DNA of 64,000 nucleotides from Burkholderiales bacterium. Lineage in GTDB: Bacteria > Pseudomonadota > Gammaproteobacteria > Burkholderiales > Burkholderiaceae_D. The stretch is taken from positions 40,169 through 104,168 of the forward strand of contig PLEY01000006.1 in the NCBI GenBank assembly GCA_003136595.1, in the 5' to 3' direction. Positions 13,816 through 21,852 of this stretch are shown in pieces (the stretch's first letter is position 1; every line of letters begins with the position of its first letter). Below the pieces are notes generated by a model. That model did not search any database, was not told the origin of the DNA, and worked only from the letters and a program-made list of their open reading frames with translations. The translations under genes and the position numbers were made by a program.

Positions 13816-14612
13816 TTTGGACCTGGGCGTTTCGCGACCTCGGGTTCGACCCGCGAAACGGCATCTGCGGATTCCGTCGGGTTGGGTTCGCAATACACTG
13901 AGCCGATCAGATTATAGGGTCGCAGGAGGTCCCGGCATTCCTCAAGCTCGGCCCGGCTCGTCAGGTTGCCCTCAGCAACCAGGAGAACACAATCGACCTT
14001 CTCAAACAGACTCAAGCCTTCGGCACTGGTCACAGGCGGGGCATCGAAGATGATGTAGCGTTGAGCATACCGTGACTTCAGCTCGTCGATCAGCAGCGTA
14101 TTCGCGTCGAGCCCAAGCAGTTCCGCTGACTGCGCAACGGCCTTTCCCGCGGGCAGAAGCACGAGATGATCGATCCCTGGGTTGACCACCAACTCGGACA
14201 GCGCAACGCCATCCAGAAGATGGTCGGTCAAGCCCTGTACCGGCCCCAGACCGAACAGTCGGGCGAGTTGAGGGTCTCCCAGATCGGCATCGATGAGAAG
14301 GGCGGTCTTGTCGTACTCGGCGGCGATCGTCAGTGCCAGGTTGATCGACGTGTAGGACTTGCTCGCCGCGCCCACGGGCGCGGTGACGGCGAGGGAGTTC
14401 CAACCCTGAGAACGCATGCGCTGTAGGAGTTGGGCGCGCAGCACCTTGAACGCTTCCGACAACGGTGAGCGCTTGCGGCCCACCACGGCGCGATGGGAGC
14501 GCACATGGCGTGCCGCTTCCGGCATCACCCGGGTCTCGCTATATTCTATCTTCAGCGTATAGCGAGACCCGGCCGCGGGTAGGTTTTCGAGACTCTTGGA
14601 GATATCGTTCAT
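13812..14612 (-). CDS. EpsG/BY-kinase-like P-loop ATPase of the EPS export system
   Basis: 266 aa MinD/ParA-like core. Walker A' (ALLIDADLGD) and Walker B (YIIFDAPPV) are present. The Walker A region reads PVGAASKS, which is atypical. No C-terminal Tyr cluster. Confidence 0.75.
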   Translation of the reverse strand: MNDISKSLENLPAAGSRYTLKIEYSETRVMPEAARHVRSHRAVVGRKRSPLSEAFKVLRAQLLQRMRSQGWNSLAVTAPVGAASKSYTSINLALTIAAEYDKTALLIDADLGDPQLARLFGLGPVQGLTDHLLDGVALSELVVNPGIDHLVLLPAGKAVAQSAELLGLDANTLLIDELKSRYAQRYIIFDAPPVTSAEGLSLFEKVDCVLLVAEGNLTSRAELEECRDLLRPYNLIGSVYCEPNPTESADAVSRVEPEVAKRPGPK

Positions 14613-14630
14613 GAGTGGCCTGATTCTAGG

Positions 14631-16412
14631 TCATGCCAAGAAGCGGCGCTGCAAGGAAAACCAGAGCACATCAAGCGGCATCACGAAAACGTGCAGCAGC
14701 AGCAGTACCACCGCGAGGCAGGCGAGTATTGTGGCCACGACAAGCCACTGTCGCCTGCGCTGCCCGGACGGATTGCGCGGCGCCTTGACCATCGGGATGA
14801 CCGAGAGGACGGGCGCACCCAGGTAGCGGTTGAGGTCGTCGGGGGACTTGATCGTCGAGTCCAAGGACTCGCGCGCCAGGCCAGCGCCCGCGCCGCCTGC
14901 CACGGCAAGGACAAAGCCTGCCAGGATTATCAGGGTTCGATTCGGGCTCGCCGGTCGTTCCGGCACCTGGGGTGGATCGATCAACGTGAAGCGTTCCGCC
15001 TTGCGATCGTGTTCGAGCTGCTCGGCGACTTCAGCCTCCATCTGCTTTTCCTTCAATTCGCGAAAGCGCGCTCTTGAATTCTCCTGATCACGCGACAAGG
15101 TCAGGTATTCTCGCTCCACCTCCGGCATCTGCTCAAGCTTTGCTTCGAGCTCGCGCTGCTTGCGGAGCAACTCCTTCCGTTCGCCCTGCATTGCATTCAT
15201 CTGCGCGTTCGCATCGTCGATCTGGTATCTGAGATTCAGGTAGATCGGATTTTCTGCGCGCACGCGCGTCTCGAGATTTCGTGGGTTGGCTGGCGGAGTG
15301 TTCTCGAGAGCGGCGATTTCACGCTTGATCCGTTGCAAATCAGGATACCCATCGCCGTACTTTTGTTGGGTCTCAACGAGCTGTGCCCTCAACGCTTCAA
15401 GCCGTCGCTGCTGGGCATCGTCCCGCCCGTCGTCGTAGCCTTGCGCCTGCAGCGAGGCAATTTCCCTCTTGAGCCTGCGGATGTCAGGATGATCATCGCT
15501 GTAAGCGCCCGTGATCGCGGCCAGTTCAGCCTTCAAGGACTTCAAGCGATCCTCGGGCTGAAGAACCACCCCTGAACCGGCCTCACCGGGGAGCGCCGAA
15601 TTGGGTGTGGTCAGGGCCAGTTGCGCCTGCGCCGCCGCGCGCCGGTCTGACAGCTGAGTGAGATCGCGCTCGATGCGCTCAAGCTCCTGGGCGTTCCGCT
15701 CGGACATGGACATGTTAAGGTCGCGCAGCTCCGGCAGGCGGCCCGCATTCTTGGCCTTGAAGGCTGCCAGCTGGGCCTCGACCTCGGCGATGTGCTTGGA
15801 AAGACGGGTGCTCTCCTCCTCGAGAAAGTTGGAGGTTTCCGCAGCACGCTGCTGCCTATCCTTCGTATTTTCATTCAGATAGAGAGAGACCAGTTCGTTG
15901 TCGATCTTCTGGGCACTGTCCGGTGAGTTACTGCTATAGGAGATCTTGAATGCGATGGTCGCCTTGACCTGGTTGCCGCTACGATGGTCGATGACATCCG
16001 CGCTGACGGGTTTGAGTTCGATGTCCGATCGCATCCGGTCGAGGACCTCCTCGTTGGTCGCGGTCCGACGCTGGCGCGCGTAGAGACCATATTTGTCGAT
16101 AAGCCCGAGAAGCACCGAGCGGGCCAGCACCTGCTGGCTGATCACCTGAATCCGCTCGTCGGCGAAAGACGTGATGGTGGAGCGGACCAGGTCCTGTGGG
16201 ATCTCCTGCTCCTGAATCAGAATCGTTGCGCTCGACCGATAGACCGGAGGAATGAGGAAAGCAATCGCGATTCCGAGGCTCAAGATGACGAGAAAGGTGA
16301 TGCCGATCGCAAGCCGCCTGCGCTTGGCAACGTCGACGTAGTACGAAAAGGGCTTGCTACGCTCTTCGGTCTGCTCGTCAGGACCGTATTCGTCGAAGCG
16401 ACTAGTGGACAT
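14631..16412 (-). CDS. polysaccharide chain-length determinant (Wzz/GumC/EpsF-type PCP)
   Basis: N-terminal TM followed by PPVYRSSATILI, a long coiled-coil periplasmic region, and a C-terminal TM pair. Start set at the ATG at 16412 (MSTSRFDEY...). Confidence 0.85.
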   Translation of the reverse strand: MSTSRFDEYGPDEQTEERSKPFSYYVDVAKRRRLAIGITFLVILSLGIAIAFLIPPVYRSSATILIQEQEIPQDLVRSTITSFADERIQVISQQVLARSVLLGLIDKYGLYARQRRTATNEEVLDRMRSDIELKPVSADVIDHRSGNQVKATIAFKISYSSNSPDSAQKIDNELVSLYLNENTKDRQQRAAETSNFLEEESTRLSKHIAEVEAQLAAFKAKNAGRLPELRDLNMSMSERNAQELERIERDLTQLSDRRAAAQAQLALTTPNSALPGEAGSGVVLQPEDRLKSLKAELAAITGAYSDDHPDIRRLKREIASLQAQGYDDGRDDAQQRRLEALRAQLVETQQKYGDGYPDLQRIKREIAALENTPPANPRNLETRVRAENPIYLNLRYQIDDANAQMNAMQGERKELLRKQRELEAKLEQMPEVEREYLTLSRDQENSRARFRELKEKQMEAEVAEQLEHDRKAERFTLIDPPQVPERPASPNRTLIILAGFVLAVAGGAGAGLARESLDSTIKSPDDLNRYLGAPVLSVIPMVKAPRNPSGQRRRQWLVVATILACLAVVLLLLHVFVMPLDVLWFSLQRRFLA

Positions 16413-16460
16413 GGCGATGTGCCTCCGAAGCGGTGTGGAGTGGGGCACGGGCGAGCTGGC

Positions 16461-17717
16461 TCATCGCTTGCCCGCCTCGCGGCTCTCGGGCCACGCGTAG
16501 AGATAGTTGGCAAAGATCGAGTCGCCATGAATTCTTGGCGAGCCGGACCGTTCGTGTAGCGTGTTGGTCCGGCCAAGCCCGGCCTGGATGCTGGAAAACT
16601 CATCGATCTTCCACGATAGTGAGGCACTTAAGGACTCGCTCGCTCCCGTGAATCCATCGGCGGGACTCGGCAGGAGGGTGCGTACTTGCGAGTATTTGAG
16701 ACCTCCCGACAGGTTTTCGGCAAGCTGCGAGCTAAGGCCTGCGTCCATCGACTCGGTGACATAGAGACCGCCAAATCCGCTCGGAATCAGCTGTCTGGCC
16801 GCGTGCGCCGAGAGGCCCAGGGTCTCGCTCAAACGGTCGTCAAAACCGACGTTGATCAGGTTGCCGCTACCCGAAGAATTGCGATTGACGTTAATTTCCT
16901 GTAGGGGAACCGCGCCGATATAGCAGTAGAAGATATTGACGGGACAGAAGACGAAAGGCCTTAAGGTCCGCGTGCGATTGTCGAATGCCCCAAGGCTCGC
17001 CGAGAGGGTCGCGGACTCGGAGAGTTGGTGTTGCCAAGTGCCACCAATCTGCTCGGACAGGGTCCGGTCCGCTCCCGAATCGGTGCGGTAGAGGGACGTC
17101 GTCAGAGTCAGACTCAAATTATCGCGTTCTGTCGAAGCGTACTGCAAGCTCGCCGGGAACTGGTAGTACTGATAGTTGGCTGCGCTCGCGCCCGCTCCCG
17201 CAGGACCGGGGTAACGCACGTCCTCCGCCGACAGGCTCGCCGAAACCATGAGCCGCTCGGAAAGTGCCCGACTCCAGGACGGCGCGAACAGGATATCGTC
17301 CCGCTTCTGCTTGGACAGCAGGACCCCTGACGTCAGAAATTCGGATTCGACCGTCAGACTTTTCACATAGCTGAGCGTCGCGCCGACGGTATTTCTCTCA
17401 TCATGGATACTGTACGCAAGGCTCAGATTCAGATCAGTGTGGTTGTCCTCATGCAGCCGCGGCACGTCGAATGCCGTGGCCGAAGCGTCGATCCGCAGGT
17501 TCGACGCTTCGGTGTTCTCTTTCAGAGAAAGGCTTGGGCTCAAGGCAAGGATCAATAGAGGTGAATGGGGCGCAGCACTGAAGAGATAATTGTCACTGTA
17601 CTGGTTCTGAAGCTGGACGCTGCCATCAACTGCGACGTCCGCAGCCTGCGTCGTCGCCTCCATGAAGCCGGTAGCCAGCGCCGCGAACAAGCGCGACGGG
17701 CGGGCTAGGGCACGCAT
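16461..17717 (-). CDS. outer-membrane beta-barrel protein associated with the EPS export locus
   Basis: Signal peptide (ALATGFMEATTQAADVA). Alternating amphipathic strands rich in S/T/L/Y/N throughout. Its position between the Wza-like and PCP genes matches that seen in PEP-CTERM loci. Confidence 0.7.
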   Translation of the reverse strand: MRALARPSRLFAALATGFMEATTQAADVAVDGSVQLQNQYSDNYLFSAAPHSPLLILALSPSLSLKENTEASNLRIDASATAFDVPRLHEDNHTDLNLSLAYSIHDERNTVGATLSYVKSLTVESEFLTSGVLLSKQKRDDILFAPSWSRALSERLMVSASLSAEDVRYPGPAGAGASAANYQYYQFPASLQYASTERDNLSLTLTTSLYRTDSGADRTLSEQIGGTWQHQLSESATLSASLGAFDNRTRTLRPFVFCPVNIFYCYIGAVPLQEINVNRNSSGSGNLINVGFDDRLSETLGLSAHAARQLIPSGFGGLYVTESMDAGLSSQLAENLSGGLKYSQVRTLLPSPADGFTGASESLSASLSWKIDEFSSIQAGLGRTNTLHERSGSPRIHGDSIFANYLYAWPESREAGKR

Positions 17718-17756
17718 CCGGTAGTCTCTTGAAAACCGGAGTCGTATCGACCATGG

Positions 17757-18446
17757 TCAGGGAACGACAACGACGTCGCCGCTCTTCAAGACGATGTTTT
17801 GATCCAGGTCGGTACCCTCACGAATACTCACGTAGTCGAAAGGGATCGAGACCGATTTGCCCTCGATGGTCCGCAGAATGCGTATGTCGTGATCCTGCGC
17901 GAACGGGGTCAGCCCACCGGCCATGCTCAGTGCCTGCAGGACGTCCAGGGGGCGGCCCGAGGTGAGATCGCCGGGTTTGTTGACTCGACCAATCACGTAC
18001 ACCTTGTAGTTAGCGGCCTTCATGACCGAGACCGAGACCGCCGGATCGAGGATGTAGTGCTCAAGCCGTCGCGAGATCTCGGCGCGGATCTGGTCGGGAG
18101 TCATACCGACGACCCGCAGATCGCCAGCCAATGGGAACGAGATGCCCCCGTCCGGCCGCACGAGCACTTCCTTCTTCAGGTTGTCCTCCTTCCAGACCGA
18201 GATTTCCAGCACGTCTTCGGGTCCCACGGTGTAGCTCGACCCGCGGCTCGCCCGACTCTCAGAGATTGCGTCGGTAAGCGCGGGATCGGGCGGGCTCGCG
18301 AGGCCCAGCCGATCTTCAATCGTATTCCCAACGGTATGCAGCGTGCTGCAGGCAGCCAGCACCAGGCATACGCCTGTGCCAAGCATCCGAACGACGCAGT
18401 GCAGCGGATCGCGACGCTTGAGGACAGGGAGCTTCATTCTTGGCAT
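17757..18446 (-). CDS. polysaccharide export lipoprotein (Wza/EpsE-like, Poly_export plus SLBB)
   Basis: Lipobox LVLAAC. Motifs YTVGPEDVLEISVW, DGGISFPLAGDLRVVGMT and VYVIGRVNKPG. Confidence 0.88.
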   Translation of the reverse strand: MPRMKLPVLKRRDPLHCVVRMLGTGVCLVLAACSTLHTVGNTIEDRLGLASPPDPALTDAISESRASRGSSYTVGPEDVLEISVWKEDNLKKEVLVRPDGGISFPLAGDLRVVGMTPDQIRAEISRRLEHYILDPAVSVSVMKAANYKVYVIGRVNKPGDLTSGRPLDVLQALSMAGGLTPFAQDHDIRILRTIEGKSVSIPFDYVSIREGTDLDQNIVLKSGDVVVVP

Positions 18447-18458
18447 GTGGATTCCCGA

Positions 18459-19145
18459 CTATTTCGCGTTGGCGTCCGGTAGGGCGCGCTGGGCATCGAT
18501 GCTTCCCCGATACTCCTGGACCAGATTGAACATCTGCGTATCCCCGAAACCCAGGAAAGGCTCCTCCTGTTTGAGGATCTCTTCGAAGCCCTTGTCGCGG
18601 TAGCGCTGGAGCAAGTCGTGACCTAACGCGAGGAGGCGCTCGTTTTGATTCAGGCACGTGGCCAGCTCCTGCTTTTCCGAAGCCAGATGCGCGTTGAGTG
18701 TCGTACGTTCCATAAGCCGGGCTTTATTGAACGCCTCAATCTCAGCGCCTTTGGCCGCGAGCGCAGCCGCGCTCGTGCGCTGTTGCTCTTCGATCCGCCT
18801 GTTCAGATCGGATATCGTCTTTTGCAAGCCGCTGCGGGCCTTGGTCGACTGCTCGAGATCCTGACTGGTTTTATCGGCAGCGGCTTTCTCTGCGGCAAGC
18901 GCCTGGTCGTTTGCGGCGATTTTTTTCTGTAGCTCGGAACGCTCAGCCTGCCATTGGGTCCGCTCCTGCTCGTAGCGTTGCAACAGGGCCTCGTAGCGCC
19001 GCGCTGCGTTCTGTTCCTTCTTGTCGTCTGCCGCAAACAGTGTCGCACTTTGAAGGGTCATCAAAATCATCACGGCGGTCAATCCCGAAGTCCGCAGTGC
19101 TCGACGGCGGCCGGATTCCAGGCAAAGTGGTGGAAGGCCGTACAT
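18459..19145 (-). CDS. exported coiled-coil protein (unknown function, TtpB/DUF3450-like in architecture only)
   Basis: Signal peptide, then about 150 aa of heptad-like sequence rich in E/Q/A/K/L, then a short globular C-terminus. 7 nt from the porin gene and 12 nt from the wza-like gene. Confidence 0.65.
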   Translation of the reverse strand: MYGLPPLCLESGRRRALRTSGLTAVMILMTLQSATLFAADDKKEQNAARRYEALLQRYEQERTQWQAERSELQKKIAANDQALAAEKAAADKTSQDLEQSTKARSGLQKTISDLNRRIEEQQRTSAAALAAKGAEIEAFNKARLMERTTLNAHLASEKQELATCLNQNERLLALGHDLLQRYRDKGFEEILKQEEPFLGFGDTQMFNLVQEYRGSIDAQRALPDANAK

Positions 19146-19152
19146 GATCGCC

Positions 19153-20709
19153 TCAGAACCTGGTGTTCAGGTCGAATTGGATCTGATCGATGGACAACGG
19201 CGGCCCGTTGATCGAATCCGTGCTGAAATAGCGCAAAGTGGCCCAGGTGTTCTTCGCCAGTCCATAGCTGGCGCCGAACACATAACCCTTGGCGTCGGTT
19301 CCGCCGAGGTGGAAGTCCGGATCCGTAAATGCGTCCAGGACCGCGTCCCGCTCGACATGTTTGTAGGTCAGGGAAAGCTGCCAGTCGTTGCGGGCCTTCA
19401 GTTCAGGGTCACCAAATACGCCCCGTACAAGGTACCCGACGGTCTTGGGTTGCACGTTCTGGCCGACCCGCGCGGAGACCGCAGCTTCGTCGAACCCCAG
19501 GTTCTTGACGTAATCGGCGGTCAGGATCGCATGGTACGGGCCGTTAACGACCGTATCGAGAGTCGCAGTGAGATCAGCAAGGCGATAGGCCGAAGCCAGA
19601 CCGAGGAGCGGTCGGGTTGGATCGCTGCTGATGTTGTAGTAGGTATTGCCCTTTTGCGTAAAGGCCGGCGCCGTGTATTCGTAGAGCGACGTGCCAAGGG
19701 GGCTGACCACGCCTTCGATCCCGGTATAGCGATAGTAGCCGAGCGCGATTGTTGCGTTCGTGTCTTGCCCCCAGTTTTGCTGAATCCCGCCTTGGGTCGA
19801 GAAGAGGTACTTGTTGGCCGAGCCCAGGTCGATCTCCTGGACGGGCGAGGCCATCATCAGAATGAAGGGTCGTGTGCCCTGCCCGAGATCGCGCGAGTAC
19901 TTGAGCGCGATGCCATCAAAGCTCAAATCCGGTGCCCAAACGAGGTCGGTGGCCACTAGCGGATTCGCGAAGCGGCCGAAGGTCGCCGAGAAGCCCGGAT
20001 ACGGACGGAATTGCAGATAAGCCCGGTCCACAGCAACGGTATAGCGCGTTTCGTAGTTGCCCAGTGTCTGATTCTCCGACAACGGGTCGGTCGCACTTCC
20101 GGTAGCGAGCCGAAAGCCGGCGCTCGTCTCGTCGTCGATATCAGCCGTAAAGCCGGCACGGGCCCGGACGCGTTCCCGGTCTGTCGTCTCGGTGGTGTTC
20201 AAAAGCGTCAGGGCGCGGTTGTTGTTGGTTGCCAAAGGGTTTACGGCCGGGGCATTCCCGCTGGCAAATGCGTCGTTCTCGAAGCGAATTCGAAGATCAC
20301 CCTCCCATTTCAGAGTACGGACCCAGTCGGGAACGCTTCCCGGGGGAGCCCAGCCATCCTGCTTTGCCTGCGCGAGCAGGTCCTGGCGGATCTCCTCCTT
20401 TAACTGGTCACGAACGAACTGGGGCACATAAGGCACGCGGACCTCTCCGGGACTTGCGGTGCCATTCGCCGTCGCAGCATTGGCAGGTGCGGGTGTTGCA
20501 GCCACTGGCGCGGGACTGGGTTGGCTTGCCTCCTTGATCAATGCATCAGCCTTCTCGCGTGTCAGGATGCCCTGCTCGACGAGCGCCTCGATGAGCTTGA
20601 GCGTCGCCGCGCGCAGGGGATCGATTGGCGACGGATCGGCGCTCCAGCTCGCGCCGCTGGCGGTAGCCAGGATGAGTCCGACAACGAGCGGTAATATTCT
20701 AGTTTTCAT
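19153..20709 (-). CDS. porin-like outer-membrane barrel with an N-terminal helical extension
   Basis: Signal peptide MKTRILPLVVGLILATASGASWS. Helical N-terminal segment (LKLIEALVEQGILTREKADALIKEA) followed by an Ala/Pro linker. Long beta-strand region ending in the aromatic terminus ...DLNTRF. Confidence 0.7.
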   Translation of the reverse strand: MKTRILPLVVGLILATASGASWSADPSPIDPLRAATLKLIEALVEQGILTREKADALIKEASQPSPAPVAATPAPANAATANGTASPGEVRVPYVPQFVRDQLKEEIRQDLLAQAKQDGWAPPGSVPDWVRTLKWEGDLRIRFENDAFASGNAPAVNPLATNNNRALTLLNTTETTDRERVRARAGFTADIDDETSAGFRLATGSATDPLSENQTLGNYETRYTVAVDRAYLQFRPYPGFSATFGRFANPLVATDLVWAPDLSFDGIALKYSRDLGQGTRPFILMMASPVQEIDLGSANKYLFSTQGGIQQNWGQDTNATIALGYYRYTGIEGVVSPLGTSLYEYTAPAFTQKGNTYYNISSDPTRPLLGLASAYRLADLTATLDTVVNGPYHAILTADYVKNLGFDEAAVSARVGQNVQPKTVGYLVRGVFGDPELKARNDWQLSLTYKHVERDAVLDAFTDPDFHLGGTDAKGYVFGASYGLAKNTWATLRYFSTDSINGPPLSIDQIQFDLNTRF

Positions 20710-20749
20710 GGGCTAGTTCAGCGAGATTGGGGCATTGGCGCGAGGCGTT

Positions 20750-21424
20750 CTAGGTCCGATTACTAAGGCGTACCTCGATGTCATGTCGCAGATAGTTCGG
20801 CGGCACTTCTTTGAGGGGGGGCGCATCGGCAAGCGCGGTCTGGATCTGTTGGTCGAGGTCGCGATTTCCCGAATCGGTCACGAAGGTGGCATGGAGAACG
20901 CGACCATCGGGTCCAATTTCTATCCTGACGACAACCCGGAAGGACTGACGCTGGATCTTCTTGTCCTTCATCAGTGCTTCATAAAACTGGCGCTGGATGA
21001 GGCCGGTATAGTAGGCGCCTCCACCTCCGGTCGCCGTGAGATCCGTACCCCCGATACGCGAGCCGAGCCCGAAATTATCCGAGCCGGCGCTACCCTGGGC
21101 GTCGAGCGCCAGCGGCTTGTCCGATGGCGGTTTCGCATCTGCAGGCTTGTCCGGCTTGGCTTCATCCGGCTGCTTGACCTGCACCTCCTCTTTCACCTTC
21201 GGCGGCTCGGGAGGCTTTTCGGGGGGCTTCGGTGGCGGAGGAGGCGGTTGCTTGATCAGGGAGATGTTGTGCACGACCTGCTTCGGACCCTCTTGCTTGC
21301 CAAGAAAGTCCTTGAAAAAGTAGACGGCTCCCACAACCGAACCAAGAACCAAAATAATGGCGAAGAGCCAAATCGCCCAGGCTCTTGGCTCGCGATCGAC
21401 TTGCGATTCAATTTTCGGGCCCAC
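20750..21424 (-). CDS. tonB: TonB-family energy transducer
   Basis: N-terminal TM anchor, Pro/Lys/Glu-rich spacer (QPPPPPPKPPEKPPEPPKVKEE...), and a C-terminal TonB_C-like domain. Confidence 0.8.
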   Translation of the reverse strand: MGPKIESQVDREPRAWAIWLFAIILVLGSVVGAVYFFKDFLGKQEGPKQVVHNISLIKQPPPPPPKPPEKPPEPPKVKEEVQVKQPDEAKPDKPADAKPPSDKPLALDAQGSAGSDNFGLGSRIGGTDLTATGGGGAYYTGLIQRQFYEALMKDKKIQRQSFRVVVRIEIGPDGRVLHATFVTDSGNRDLDQQIQTALADAPPLKEVPPNYLRHDIEVRLSNRT

Positions 21425-21426
21425 GG

Positions 21427-21831
21427 CTATTTCACCAAGCGCTGTGTGACCAGGCCGAGTTGGGTGATGTCCAGGCGCCCCAAGAGATCAAGGACATCCA
21501 CCACCTTCTCGTATTGCACCTTCGAGTCGCCCTTGATGACGACGGGAAAGTTGGGATTGACCGCCTTTTGTTGGCGCAGTCGTTCTTCCAATTCCTGCAT
21601 CGTGACAGGATAGGTATCCAGGAACACCTGCCCATCCTCGCGGATCGTGATCGCCTTGGTCTGGGGTTTGGCCAGGCTCGGGGCGGCGCTCGCCTTGGGC
21701 AGGTTGACCTTGATGCCCTGGACCGAAGCGGTCGTCATGATGATAAAGATGACGAGCAGGACATAGGCAAGGTCAAGCATGGGCGTGACATTGATATCGT
21801 CATAGGGCTTCTGCTCGGACTGAACCTGCAT
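21427..21831 (-). CDS. exbD: ExbD/TolR-family biopolymer transport protein
   Basis: 134 aa. The segment INVTPMLDLAYVLLVIFIIM includes a TM helix with the conserved Asp, followed by a periplasmic domain. Confidence 0.88.
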   Translation of the reverse strand: MQVQSEQKPYDDINVTPMLDLAYVLLVIFIIMTTASVQGIKVNLPKASAAPSLAKPQTKAITIREDGQVFLDTYPVTMQELEERLRQQKAVNPNFPVVIKGDSKVQYEKVVDVLDLLGRLDITQLGLVTQRLVK

Positions 21832-21852
21832 GATCTATTTCCTGGCGCCCGA

